Part shown: piece by piece, positions 9,263-19,809 of the stretch | Numbering within the stretch: position 1 is the stretch's first letter | How the letters are laid out: every line of letters starts with the position of its first letter | Origin: Candidatus Moranbacteria bacterium UBA2282 | GTDB lineage: Bacteria; Patescibacteriota; Minisyncoccia; Moranbacterales; UBA2206 | DNA: 64,000 nucleotides | Reading direction: 5' to 3' | Assembly (NCBI GenBank): GCA_002345745.1 | Contig: DDWQ01000011.1 | Span: 85,995-149,994, forward strand | The notes under the pieces: model-generated | What the model was told of the DNA's origin: nothing | Database searches by the model: none | What the model saw: only the letters and a program-made list of their open reading frames with translations | Made by a program: the position numbers and the translations under genes

Positions 9263-10854
9263 TTTCTTAGAGATTTAATTAACCCAAAGCGACCGAAGGA
9301 TTTAAAATCTAAAACATTAGAATTTTTTTCTAGTGTTTTTATTTTATTGTCTTTTGATTCAGTGCTAATCAAGGTAAAGACGATGTTACCAGCGACGCTA
9401 TTTTTCTTATTTAATGGTTGCAAATGCACCCCTTGCTTTTCTGTCAAATAGATTAAACCCTTGGATGCCTTAAATAAATATTGACTGTTTCCATCCAACA
9501 AAACATCTTGCGATAAGTTATTTTGTGCAGTAATGTAGTTTGCCATCATTGCAAGCTCCCCCAGATATACATTATCAAATCCATCCATATTGCTACTTTC
9601 AGTATAATTATTCAAAGCAATAAAATTATCTCTAACCGTCCAGAGATTTAAAGCAATTAAAATTATCATAATAGTTAGCGTAATAACAACCTCATTGTTT
9701 TTAAATTTCTGTATTAAAAATTCTAGCCATAAACCTAAAAATATAAATGGTAAAAAGGTGATAATCAGAAAGTATCGCAATGAAAGTTCATAAGCGACAG
9801 GAGTCATAAAGAAAGCCATAAGCCCCGCATAGCTCAAAATTAGCCCTAGGAAGCGTTTTCTATCTTCACTAGTCTCTTTTACTAATCGCCAAATTCCCAG
9901 GCCTAGACCACCCAAAAACAACAGTCCGCCCAACAAAATATCCACAATATGACCTGCTGTTTTAACTGGCAAAAAGTTGCACTGATCCGATTCTCCTACC
10001 GATGAAATTGTAAAGGTCGTGGCAGTCATAAAGCATTCCCCCACGCGTCCAGCCTTCAGCAATAAATTTTCATCTTCTTTCTTAGTTGTCACACCGCTGA
10101 AAAGAGCTTTGACATTGTCACCGCCTGTTTTTGCTTCATTATATAACTGCGGAATATTTAAAAAAATTGAAACAACAAAAACAATCATAAAACTCTTCCA
10201 GAGATTATTTTTCTTAGGCACCTCAATTCTCAGATAAACAAAATACGCAATAGTCAGCAGTGGCATCACCACGAGCAAAAAAGTGTGCAACTGCACCCCG
10301 ACGCCTACAGCGACACCAGCCATCACTGACCAGAAGATTCGATGCTTGCCTTGAGATTCGGCTAATTGCAAAAGTGCATAGAGAAAAAGCATCGTCCAAA
10401 AAGGCGTTGAATTTGGATTCCAAGCAAAATGTGCATACTTAATGGCGTAAAAAGAAACGGCAAAGAGTGCAGTCAGTGCCAGTGCTAATTTTTCACTGAA
10501 ATATTTTTTTAGGAAAAAAAACAAAAGTGGAATAGATAGCAAAGAAAAGAATAAGTCTGGGTATGCTAATTTGTCAGGATAATTGCCAAATATTTTTCCA
10601 GCAATTATTTGAAATTCATAGAAAATTGGACCCAGACGAAAATCAGTTCCACCCGCTTTTGGTCCCAAAAGTGGCCAACCAGTTTCTCCATTGATAACTT
10701 CACCAACAAGCGTTGCATCTCGTGCTTGATCAGCGTTGAACCGCAAGCCATCGTGAAAATTGTAAGTACGCAAAAAAATTCCAACTAAAATTATTGCGAG
10801 GAGAATCCAGGTCTCTTTTTTTATATTTTTAACTATGTTTATCATTTTAACCAT
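9259..10854 (-). CDS. GT-C fold membrane glycosyltransferase (ArnT/PMT-like, GT39/GT83-type), paralog 1
   Basis: N-terminal loop RFNADQARDA...PLLGPKAGG resembles the DE-x-RYA/KPPL motifs of ArnT. It is polytopic and has paralogs at 11792..13444 and 16082..17836. Confidence 0.7.
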   Translation of the reverse strand: MVKMINIVKNIKKETWILLAIILVGIFLRTYNFHDGLRFNADQARDATLVGEVINGETGWPLLGPKAGGTDFRLGPIFYEFQIIAGKIFGNYPDKLAYPDLFFSLLSIPLLFFFLKKYFSEKLALALTALFAVSFYAIKYAHFAWNPNSTPFWTMLFLYALLQLAESQGKHRIFWSVMAGVAVGVGVQLHTFLLVVMPLLTIAYFVYLRIEVPKKNNLWKSFMIVFVVSIFLNIPQLYNEAKTGGDNVKALFSGVTTKKEDENLLLKAGRVGECFMTATTFTISSVGESDQCNFLPVKTAGHIVDILLGGLLFLGGLGLGIWRLVKETSEDRKRFLGLILSYAGLMAFFMTPVAYELSLRYFLIITFLPFIFLGLWLEFLIQKFKNNEVVITLTIMIILIALNLWTVRDNFIALNNYTESSNMDGFDNVYLGELAMMANYITAQNNLSQDVLLDGNSQYLFKASKGLIYLTEKQGVHLQPLNKKNSVAGNIVFTLISTESKDNKIKTLEKNSNVLDFKSFGRFGLIKSLRN

Positions 10855-11786
10855 AAATTTAATTTACCAATTTTCTTTTCAATCTCAAACTTTTGCGCAT
10901 ATTCACCGTGTTTTTCAATAATTATTTTCGCTTTTTTAGTACATTTATTATATTTAGCTTCCAATGATACAAAGTTTACCAAGGCCTGAGATGTCGCTAT
11001 GTTTCCAACAATAAGATAGTTTATTCCTTCAACATTTTCAAACCTATATCCTGGCTCATGTCCTGATATGACAAGCACTAAATTTTTATATTTTTTAAAA
11101 AAATTATGAACATCTATGCCATTGGAGAGATTTTTAAAATTAGAAACAAGTTCTCCATCAATCTTAGATGGAATTGAACTATGATGAGAAAAAATAATAG
11201 TCGGCTTTTCTGTATTAAGCACATCTTCAAGCCACTCAAATTCTGCCTTACTTACATATCCATTCACATAATAATCTGGACCAAAATCAGAACCATCTAT
11301 TTTGAAATTAGTATCCATTAATACAAATCTCCAATCACCTAAATCTATATAACTATGATTATCATTCATCGCAAGCATATCTCTTAACTCTTCTTTATTT
11401 AGATCACGAAGATCATGATTTCCAAAAACATATTCTCTCCTTGTTTCTAGTTTTGAGAAAATTGCATTTATCTTTTCAAACTGCTCAATAGTAGTTTTTT
11501 TCTTAGACAATGAACTCTCCACCATATCTCCACCCATAATCACAATTTCTGGATTAAATTTTTCGTTAAAAAAAGTCACAGCCTTTTCTAATGCATCAGG
11601 TGAATCCTTGGGTAGTTTATTGCCAACATTGTTTTTATACCCATATTCTAAATCAGTCACAAAACCAAATTTTAAATCAGTTTCAGTATTAATTTTATTC
11701 CAATATGTAGATCCCGCTAGAATAATAATACTTACGCAAATATACAATAAAATTTTATTAGATTCATTATTTGAATATTTTTTCAT
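10842..11786 (-). CDS. Membrane-anchored metallophosphoesterase (calcineurin-like), copy 1
   Basis: N-terminal TM anchor; motifs GGDMVE, GNHDLR, SGHEPG. Overlaps the upstream GT-C gene by 13 bp. Confidence 0.7.
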   Translation of the reverse strand: MKKYSNNESNKILLYICVSIIILAGSTYWNKINTETDLKFGFVTDLEYGYKNNVGNKLPKDSPDALEKAVTFFNEKFNPEIVIMGGDMVESSLSKKKTTIEQFEKINAIFSKLETRREYVFGNHDLRDLNKEELRDMLAMNDNHSYIDLGDWRFVLMDTNFKIDGSDFGPDYYVNGYVSKAEFEWLEDVLNTEKPTIIFSHHSSIPSKIDGELVSNFKNLSNGIDVHNFFKKYKNLVLVISGHEPGYRFENVEGINYLIVGNIATSQALVNFVSLEAKYNKCTKKAKIIIEKHGEYAQKFEIEKKIGKLNLWLK

Positions 11787-11791
11787 ACGCC

Positions 11792-13444
11792 TTATTTTAA
11801 ATTACTATTTTTTAAAATATAAACGTCCACTGAGTCGAAATGTTCACCGGCAACTACTTGATAATCACGAATTGATTTTGAAAAGCCATCTGTTTTGTTT
11901 TTAATATAAACAAATTTTTGCCCCGATGGTATTTTTTCCTTTACTTTGGTAATATCAACTTCAGCAACCTCCAGTCCTTGTCGATAAAGCATATAGTCGA
12001 TGGACCCAAAATACCTATCCAAATACTTACCCTCCCCACTCATATAAATAATCTTTGAGCCAAGATTATTTTCTCCCAAAAAATCGACTACATTTTCCAC
12101 CCAACCTAAATTTGAATTATTAATATTGTTATCAAGTCCCTTCTTATAAAAATAATATTTTTTAATGTCAGTTTGCAATAAAACAATGGCCATAATTACT
12201 GCTAAAATTAGCGCTAATATCTTTCCATTTTTTCTAAATTTTTGCTGGAAAAATTGCAATAAGAAACCTAGGAATATAAACGGGATAAAAAATAAAATAT
12301 TAAAATAACTAACAGAAATAGAAGAAATGACGGGTATAAAGACTAGAAGACCAATCGCATTAAAAAGACCCGCAACTAACAAGAATGTTTTTCTATTTCT
12401 ATCTTTTTCTTTAAGAAAATTAATAACAAGAATTGCATAGCCCAAGACATAAAAGATAAAAATAGATACAAAAGTTGAAATATAGACGACTTTTCTTAAT
12501 GTGCGATTTTTAATTTCTCCATACAATTCTTTCGAGCCATTTTTAACATCAATACTCACGCCATCGTAACACTTATCCAAAACTGGAGCATATAGAATTA
12601 TATTTGCATTTGATTTTGCTTGACAAATAATAACTAACGCTGCATTTTTAACTAAATTATTTTCATTACCTCCTTTATCAATTGTTCCTAGTATAAAATT
12701 TCTTGTATTTTCTCCCCGGGTATTAATCTCACTGATAATTTGTGTAACATTTACAGTAACAGCAATTAGGATAATGATTATAAAATATTGCAAATATTGC
12801 ATCTTGCTTCTTTTGAAAATATACGCAGAAATGACCAATGTAAATATAGGCATAATAACCATTAAAGTTGTGTGCAATTGAACTCCGATTCCCAATGATA
12901 ATCCTACTAAAATTGACCACCACAGATAATTTCTATTTTTAAAATTAGTAATTTTAAAAATAGAAAGCAAAAACAATAAAACAAAAAATGGAGCCAAATT
13001 TGGATTTGATGAAAAACGAGATGCTTCAATAAAGAAATATGAAAAACTCATTACGCCTGTAATGCTCAGTGAGATATGTTTACTAAAATATTCTCTCAAA
13101 AACAAAAAGAGCAGTGGTATAGCTAAGATTGAAAATATAAGACTTGGGTATGCCATTTTGTCTGGATAATTGCCAAATATCTTCGCAGAAAGAAGCGAAA
13201 AATAATAATATGCTGGTCCAAGATGAAAACTTGTTCCGCCAGCTAACGGACCAAGCAATGGGATTGCTGTTTTCCCATCCAACACATCACTAATAATAAA
13301 TGCATCGCGTGATTGATCCATACTAAAGCGCAACCAATCATGAAAATGATAGGTACGCAGAAAAATACCAACTACTATTATCACCAAAAGAATCCAAATA
13401 TGGATTGGTATTTTTTTTATTTTATTTTGCAAATACTTTAACAT
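11792..13444 (-). CDS. GT-C fold membrane glycosyltransferase (ArnT/PMT-like), paralog 2
   Basis: RFSMDQSRDA...PLLGPLAGG N-terminal loop. Co-linear similarity to 9259..10854. Confidence 0.7.
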   Translation of the reverse strand: MLKYLQNKIKKIPIHIWILLVIIVVGIFLRTYHFHDWLRFSMDQSRDAFIISDVLDGKTAIPLLGPLAGGTSFHLGPAYYYFSLLSAKIFGNYPDKMAYPSLIFSILAIPLLFLFLREYFSKHISLSITGVMSFSYFFIEASRFSSNPNLAPFFVLLFLLSIFKITNFKNRNYLWWSILVGLSLGIGVQLHTTLMVIMPIFTLVISAYIFKRSKMQYLQYFIIIILIAVTVNVTQIISEINTRGENTRNFILGTIDKGGNENNLVKNAALVIICQAKSNANIILYAPVLDKCYDGVSIDVKNGSKELYGEIKNRTLRKVVYISTFVSIFIFYVLGYAILVINFLKEKDRNRKTFLLVAGLFNAIGLLVFIPVISSISVSYFNILFFIPFIFLGFLLQFFQQKFRKNGKILALILAVIMAIVLLQTDIKKYYFYKKGLDNNINNSNLGWVENVVDFLGENNLGSKIIYMSGEGKYLDRYFGSIDYMLYRQGLEVAEVDITKVKEKIPSGQKFVYIKNKTDGFSKSIRDYQVVAGEHFDSVDVYILKNSNLK

Positions 13445-13453
13445 AAAATTTTC

Positions 13454-14323
13454 CTATTTAGCAAATTTGTAATCCACCTGATTATTTTCTAAGTTTATTG
13501 TGGCATACGCACCTTCACTACCCTCTCTTGTCAAAGCTGATTCACCATAATATTCAATTCCATTATATTCTTTTCGCCACGACATATGCCAATGTCCAGA
13601 CAGAACCATCTTTACATTATTACTTTCACTCAAAATGCCTTCCAACTCCGAAAATCTTTCCAAAACATCCTGGCTTAAACCAAAAAATTCACTCTTTAAA
13701 TCATAAGTATTGATGGCTTCAGTGTCTGAATCGAAAACTGGAATATGCATAGCAACAATAATTTCTTTATCAGTTTTCACTGCTTCTCGCAACCAAGCCA
13801 ATTGCTCAGGATTAACTCCTCCTTTATAGTCATATTCGCTATTCAAATATTCCGTAGTGTCCATGACGATAATCCTAGTGTTGCCATAATCATTGTAATA
13901 ATAATCTTCTACACCCAGAATACCCATCACTTCGTCATTGTCGTGATTGCCCCTTACCCAAAGTACCTCCATTTTTTTCTCATCTGCGATTCTCTTTAAA
14001 TCTCTTGCGTAATTATCATCGCCAGAATTAGTGTTGTCTCCAGTGGCAATGACTACATCAACACCCTCATCTTTCATAGCATCCAAAGTTTTTGGCAGAT
14101 ATTCCATATATTTTTTTGGATAAATAATTCCACTATCCACATCTCGTTTTTTGAAACGGTCAGCATGAATATCTGTCACCCAACCAATTTTTGTTTCACT
14201 TTGTATTAAATAGTGTAACCCATATTTTTTTACCAAAACAAAAAAAATACTGACCGCTAGAATAGCCACCATAATAACAATTAGCCACTTCTTTTTAGGT
14301 ATTCTTTTTAAATATTTTTTCAT
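13454..14323 (-). CDS. Membrane-anchored metallophosphoesterase (calcineurin-like), copy 2
   Basis: Motifs DIHAD, ATGDNTN, RGNHDN, SGHWH. N-terminal TM anchor. Confidence 0.8.
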   Translation of the reverse strand: MKKYLKRIPKKKWLIVIMVAILAVSIFFVLVKKYGLHYLIQSETKIGWVTDIHADRFKKRDVDSGIIYPKKYMEYLPKTLDAMKDEGVDVVIATGDNTNSGDDNYARDLKRIADEKKMEVLWVRGNHDNDEVMGILGVEDYYYNDYGNTRIIVMDTTEYLNSEYDYKGGVNPEQLAWLREAVKTDKEIIVAMHIPVFDSDTEAINTYDLKSEFFGLSQDVLERFSELEGILSESNNVKMVLSGHWHMSWRKEYNGIEYYGESALTREGSEGAYATINLENNQVDYKFAK

Positions 14324-16072
14324 TTAAGGTTTTCCTAAATCAGTAATTTGATAGGCCACGATATAATCATCTTCATATTTGCTATCATACTGTATATATT
14401 TTTCAATAAATCTCTCCGCATTAACCAAAACTTTCTCTTTCACAAATTTTTTGCTAATTGTTATATAGCCTATGTTGTTTTCATTTAATATCTTATTAGC
14501 CTGAGAAAAATATTCTTCTGGATTTGGAAATTTTGTATCTGGATCATTACCCTTGGGCAACGTATATAGCAATTGCTTGATTACGGGCGTGTTCTGTTGC
14601 ATATCAAATTGATCCTTGATTTTCCTAGCGAGTGGCATACCATTCACCAATTCCTTGTGATGCACTGTTTGCAATATCATTTCATAACTAGCAAAGTTAT
14701 AACTCGTACTACCAGGAATTTCTAGTAGTTTATAGCTTCCACCGTCAGCGCCAATTTTATTATAGAACTTAGAATATCCCATAGAATTCATTTCGATTGG
14801 GATAACAGAAAACTCGAGCATAATCAATAGAACAATTCCTGATGCTAGCAATTTTTTATTATTAGCATATTTTTTAAATATATAAACCAATGCATATCCG
14901 GCTAAAATAGAAATTCCAATAAGAGCAAAGACAAACAATCTTCCAGTGGTTCGGATATTTTCATAGAATGGAACAAGTTTATATAAAAGATAATATGGCA
15001 AGTAAATTTTTACTTTAAAAATAGAAAAATATGGTCCCATCGCTAAAATACAAAATACCAGCGTTTCCACGACCCAAAAATTCAAACTACTGGAAATTGA
15101 ACGCAATTTTTTCCCTGCTGTTTCTTTTTTCAGGAGCAAAAAACCGATGACAATTATCGTTATAACACTAAATCCTACGAAATATACATTATCACCAGAA
15201 CCAATCAACTTGCCAAAAAAATTCCAAATAGAATGTGCCTCCGGAGGTGAAATCGGATCTAACAAATTCATTGAATATTTTGAGGCCTTACCTATTCCCG
15301 CATCCAAAAAATTATTTTCCGAAGTTGCAACTTTTAACAATGGCTTAAATATTGTTAGCGCTAAGGTGACTAAAAATAAAAGAGATGAAACAGCATATAA
15401 CCATAATTTCTTATTTTTGAGAATTTCTCTTTCCGTGATTGCTTTATAAACAATGAAAAATACTGCAAAAATAACCGTGAAAGCCAGCAGCTGATGCTCA
15501 GTTATCGCAATTAAAAGTGCTGTACCAATCAAAGCGATAAAATATCTTAATTTTAATTTTTCAAAAAATTTAAACAGGAATAAAATGAAAAAAGGCAACA
15601 ATTCCTGATGCATTGTTCCGATATTTGTCGAAAGAGCTTGATGAAAATGAAAAGGCGAAAAAGCAAAGATAACCCCCGCAATGAAAGCCACTGTCTTATC
15701 TTTAATAAAATATAAAGTCAGTAAATACATTCCAACTCCGCTTAAAACGAAACTAGCCAGAAAAAGAAAATTATATGCAAAAAAATTGTTAGTGAAGAAA
15801 GCTAATATTGAATACGGCAAAAAGACATTGATTTGAAAAGTCTCCGCTAAATATTTCAGCCCAACTGAGAATCCACTCGCCTGCATAATTCCGACCTGAC
15901 TACTAATATTTCCAAAAGCCTGATAGACATCACTGCCCCACATTGGAACCATCGAATTTATATTAAAGATGACTGGATAGGTAAATATAACCACAAGCAT
16001 AGCATACAATCCAGTGATTGTTGTTATTGGATAGCACCTAAAAAAATCCAGTAGCAGTTTTTTAATTTTCAT
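14324..16072 (-). CDS. Polytopic membrane protein; possibly a YfhO/GT-C-like glycosyltransferase
   Basis: 582 aa with at least 12 TM helices. Lies inside the GT-C/phosphoesterase operon with no intergenic gaps. Confidence 0.45.
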   Translation of the reverse strand: MKIKKLLLDFFRCYPITTITGLYAMLVVIFTYPVIFNINSMVPMWGSDVYQAFGNISSQVGIMQASGFSVGLKYLAETFQINVFLPYSILAFFTNNFFAYNFLFLASFVLSGVGMYLLTLYFIKDKTVAFIAGVIFAFSPFHFHQALSTNIGTMHQELLPFFILFLFKFFEKLKLRYFIALIGTALLIAITEHQLLAFTVIFAVFFIVYKAITEREILKNKKLWLYAVSSLLFLVTLALTIFKPLLKVATSENNFLDAGIGKASKYSMNLLDPISPPEAHSIWNFFGKLIGSGDNVYFVGFSVITIIVIGFLLLKKETAGKKLRSISSSLNFWVVETLVFCILAMGPYFSIFKVKIYLPYYLLYKLVPFYENIRTTGRLFVFALIGISILAGYALVYIFKKYANNKKLLASGIVLLIMLEFSVIPIEMNSMGYSKFYNKIGADGGSYKLLEIPGSTSYNFASYEMILQTVHHKELVNGMPLARKIKDQFDMQQNTPVIKQLLYTLPKGNDPDTKFPNPEEYFSQANKILNENNIGYITISKKFVKEKVLVNAERFIEKYIQYDSKYEDDYIVAYQITDLGKP

Positions 16073-16081
16073 TATTTTAGA

Positions 16082-17836
16082 TTATTTTACATTAACCTTT
16101 GTTCCAAAAACATCTTTCCAAAAAAGCCTGTCTTCACTACCACTATCTTTTTTGACTTTAAACTCTGCTGAAACAGCACGTGTGGGAAAATTAATCTCTG
16201 CCACCAACAACTGTCCAACTTTTTCTCTAGAAAGAACATCGAAATCCAATTTATATTTATCTCCAACACTATCCAATCCATCTTTTTTATCAGGCACAAT
16301 CGCAAAATATTGCGCATTCGGATCTTTATTGATTTTTAAAGTTGAAAAATTAAAATTTGGATCGTGCTTTTCTTCCAACAGATATTGAATTGGTCGCTCA
16401 TGCTCTGGTTTAACGTAGTAATAGATATTAGCTCCTTCCTTATGCTTAATATAAATAAAATCGGCTACGCGTTGTAATTCACCTAATGTCACACCATCCT
16501 TTGCTTTGAGAATCAAAGTTCTTTTGACTTTTATTCTGGAATTTTGCGATGCGGACTGCTCGCTAAACCAAGCGTATGTTCCATACATATTGGAAATTAT
16601 AATCGCCATTGTAACCAACAGTGCAACAAAAAACATTTTTTTGCCATAACGATTTTCCAGAAACTCAAAAAGCAAACCCAGAAAAATAAATGGCACTGCG
16701 AACACAACAATAAAAAAACGCGGACGCAATTGAAAAGAAATCGGAATTGTCAGAATAAAAAACACACCAATCCAAATCATTAACAAAACAAGAAAATTTC
16801 TCTTTTTCTCATCTTTAATTTTTATAAAATTCCAAACCGACAAAAATAGACCTGCCATTAAAATCAATCCCGTTACTAAAACTGAGCCAGTGTTGTCTCC
16901 CAAGTCTCCTGCGTAACAATCTGATGTTGTTATTAAACAATAGTAATTTAAATTTTCCTCTAGGTTCTTGCCTATTTTTTCTATCAAAGGCTTATTAGTT
17001 GGTTTTGACCCTAAAGCCTCAATAAAATTATTCGCATTCTGACCTTTTTCAAAAACATCGCTTATAATAACTGGTGCATAGATAAACACAAAAATAATCG
17101 TCACAATCGCAAAATATTTAGAAAAATTCAATAAAGTTGTTTTTTGAAAATATTTTTTCCAGGATTCCTTGCTCCAAGGCTTTAGGCTATATAAAATTAC
17201 TAGTCCTGATATGCCCAATAAGCTGAAAAAGCCAAAAAAATGTAATTGTGAACCAATAGCTAACGCAAATGTCCATAATGCTATCCACCATTTTTTCTTT
17301 TTGGCATCTTCCTCGTTAATAAATTTCAATAAACCGAAAAAGGTTAATAGTAAGAAAAATTGCAAAGAATTCGGATTCCAAGCAAAACGTGAGTATTGGA
17401 TAATTATGAAGGAAAAAGCATACATCGCCATAATCATCAATGCGTGCTTTTGGGAAAAATATAGCCGACTGAAAAAATACACCAGTGCGATTGCCGCCAA
17501 TGAAAAAAATAAATCCGGATAAGCCATTACATATGGCTCAGTCGAATGAGCAATCAAAGCAGCTAGATATTGAAAATAGTAGTAAACTGGACCTAGACGC
17601 AAAAAACCACTTTCTAGTGTTGTTGCTCCGGCACGTGGCCCTAGGAGTGGCAAATAACCTGGATCAGCTATGGCTTTGCTAATCAGCATTGCATCCCTCG
17701 CTTGATCCATTTTGAAATATAACCAATCTTCGTGTTTATAAATTCTGACTGCAAAAGCAGCAATCATAATCGCCAAAATAAGCATTGGAACCACAAATTT
17801 TCTTTGTGCTAATGTTTCTATAAAATATTTTTTCAT
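16082..17836 (-). CDS. GT-C fold membrane glycosyltransferase (ArnT/PMT-like), paralog 3
   Basis: YFKMDQARDA...PLLGPRAGA N-terminal loop. First gene of the minus-strand operon. Confidence 0.7.
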   Translation of the reverse strand: MKKYFIETLAQRKFVVPMLILAIMIAAFAVRIYKHEDWLYFKMDQARDAMLISKAIADPGYLPLLGPRAGATTLESGFLRLGPVYYYFQYLAALIAHSTEPYVMAYPDLFFSLAAIALVYFFSRLYFSQKHALMIMAMYAFSFIIIQYSRFAWNPNSLQFFLLLTFFGLLKFINEEDAKKKKWWIALWTFALAIGSQLHFFGFFSLLGISGLVILYSLKPWSKESWKKYFQKTTLLNFSKYFAIVTIIFVFIYAPVIISDVFEKGQNANNFIEALGSKPTNKPLIEKIGKNLEENLNYYCLITTSDCYAGDLGDNTGSVLVTGLILMAGLFLSVWNFIKIKDEKKRNFLVLLMIWIGVFFILTIPISFQLRPRFFIVVFAVPFIFLGLLFEFLENRYGKKMFFVALLVTMAIIISNMYGTYAWFSEQSASQNSRIKVKRTLILKAKDGVTLGELQRVADFIYIKHKEGANIYYYVKPEHERPIQYLLEEKHDPNFNFSTLKINKDPNAQYFAIVPDKKDGLDSVGDKYKLDFDVLSREKVGQLLVAEINFPTRAVSAEFKVKKDSGSEDRLFWKDVFGTKVNVK

Positions 17837-17883
17837 ATAGCCATATTTTACCTTATTTACAGCTTGCGGTCAAAGCAAATTCG

Positions 17884-17913
17884 TTAGACTTATCTTGTGA
17901 CTTATTGTATAAT
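17884..17913 (+). promoter_or_regulatory. Sigma70-like promoter (TTAGAC, 18-nt spacer, TATAAT)
   Basis: The TATAAT at 17908-17913 overlaps the TTG start given by the ORF track, which implies the real start is the downstream ATG at 17947. Confidence 0.45.
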
Positions 17914-17946
17914 GAAAACCATAAATCAAGTCTAATATTCTATTTT

Positions 17947-19797
17947 ATGAACCAAAAAAATGTCCTTACGCTCACTATTATTTTTGCTATTTTTGCTATA
18001 AATATTTTTTTTGGCTTTCCGCGTATTTCCGAATATTCTTCCGTAGACGAACCCTATTGGACATATGATCGCACACCTGATTTTTGGAATGCTATTACTG
18101 AGAGAAAGTGGAAAAAAACTGATATAAACGACAAGCCAGGTATAACTGTAGCAGAAATCTCTGGGATTGGGCTTAGCAGCGGAATACAACCCTTAGAATA
18201 TAAATCTGTTCGTCAAGAAGCAAAAACCCCCCAAACTGTTGCTGAAATTATTAAAATAAATTTTTTTCTTCGACTACCTATCTATCTAGCGGGACTTCTT
18301 CTGCTTCTGACATTCTATTTCTTTCTGAAAAAACTTTTCAATCGCCCCATTGCCCTCCTATCTTTAACTTTCATTGGACTTTCTCCAATTATTCTGGGCA
18401 TTTCGCTCATAATTAACCCGGACTCGCTTCTCTGGGGATTTCTGCCACTCTCAATTATTGGTTTTTTAATTTACCAACGAGAAAATCAAAAAAAATATTT
18501 AGTTTTTTCAGGAATTTTATTAGGACTCGCATTGCTTACTAAATATGTAGCCAATATTTTATATGTATATCTATTGGGACTCCTTTTTCTGGAATATATC
18601 TATGCTGACAAAGGTACTCTGAATTTTGCTGTCTATCTCAAAAAAGCACTCTTAAATTATGCAATATTAATTATTATTTCTCTCGCCGTTTTTTTTATTC
18701 TTTATCCAAGTTGTTGGGTTAAGCCAGAAATGCTCCTTAAGGGAACCATCCTTAGTGCAGCTTTCGAAACAACCTGGCCAATTTTTGCCGGATTTATTGG
18801 ACTATTACTAGCTGATTTATTTTTCTTAAAAAGTCGCATTTCATCTTGGATTATGAATTTTCTTTCCAAATATAGTCAGCACTTTAAACTAGCAATTGGA
18901 GGTTTGTTTTTAGTAGGAATTATTTTTGTTTTGCTTAATACTTATACTAGTATGCAAATCTTTGACTTTGAAGGAGAGATGGCTTCCCCTAAGGGTGACA
19001 ATATACTTGCATTGTCGCATATTTTGAAAATTACAACTTCTGATTTATACGCACTTATTTTCGGACTCACTCCAATTGTTTTTATTTTTTTCGTCTGGTC
19101 AATTATTAAAAATACTTTTCAAACAGGCAAGATAACAAAAGAAGCTGCCGTTGTTTCCTATTTTTTGATTTTTATTTTACTATATTACATTGCTTCAACT
19201 ATAAATCAGGTTACAGCAACCGTCCGCTACCAAATTACTATCTATCCCCTAGCCTCAATTATTGCAGCCATTGGAGCATATCAATTCAGTCAATTAGAAA
19301 AAATAAAGAAATATTTTGATAATGGAATCTTCTATATTATAATCATCTTAATATCTGTCTCAAGCCTTTATTTATCCAGTCCGTTCTTTTTCAATTATTC
19401 CTCAGTCCTTTTGCCAGAAAAATATATTCTCAATCTAAAAGATATGGGCGATGGCAGTTTTGAAGCGGCGAAGTTTCTAAATCAACTGCCTGATGCAAAA
19501 AATCTTGTCATTTGGTCAGATAAAGGTGCAGTTTGTGAAACCTTTCTTGGAAAATGTAAAACCAGTTTTAATGAGAATGACACATTAACTTTTGATTTCG
19601 ACTACTTTGTTGTTTCCACTGGCAGAAAATCACGTTCTTTGAAACTAGAAAAGTCCACTGATTTCAAATATGAAATAGATTTTCCAAAATTGTATATGCC
19701 AAATATTGAGGATGCAGATTTTGAAATTAATTTTGGTGACAACCCAAATAATTTTGTAAGAGTAATTAAGACAGAAAAAATTATCCAGAATAATTAA
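17947..19797 (+). CDS. Polytopic membrane protein; likely a GT-C-type glycosyltransferase of a different subfamily
   Basis: VDEPYWTYDR loop after TM1 resembles the DE-x-x-Y motif of GT-C. About 12 TM helices. Start moved from 17905 (TTG) to the ATG at 17947 (MNQKNVL). Confidence 0.5.
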   Translation: MNQKNVLTLTIIFAIFAINIFFGFPRISEYSSVDEPYWTYDRTPDFWNAITERKWKKTDINDKPGITVAEISGIGLSSGIQPLEYKSVRQEAKTPQTVAEIIKINFFLRLPIYLAGLLLLLTFYFFLKKLFNRPIALLSLTFIGLSPIILGISLIINPDSLLWGFLPLSIIGFLIYQRENQKKYLVFSGILLGLALLTKYVANILYVYLLGLLFLEYIYADKGTLNFAVYLKKALLNYAILIIISLAVFFILYPSCWVKPEMLLKGTILSAAFETTWPIFAGFIGLLLADLFFLKSRISSWIMNFLSKYSQHFKLAIGGLFLVGIIFVLLNTYTSMQIFDFEGEMASPKGDNILALSHILKITTSDLYALIFGLTPIVFIFFVWSIIKNTFQTGKITKEAAVVSYFLIFILLYYIASTINQVTATVRYQITIYPLASIIAAIGAYQFSQLEKIKKYFDNGIFYIIIILISVSSLYLSSPFFFNYSSVLLPEKYILNLKDMGDGSFEAAKFLNQLPDAKNLVIWSDKGAVCETFLGKCKTSFNENDTLTFDFDYFVVSTGRKSRSLKLEKSTDFKYEIDFPKLYMPNIEDADFEINFGDNPNNFVRVIKTEKIIQNN

Positions 19798-19809
19798 TTT
19801 CTATAAAAA

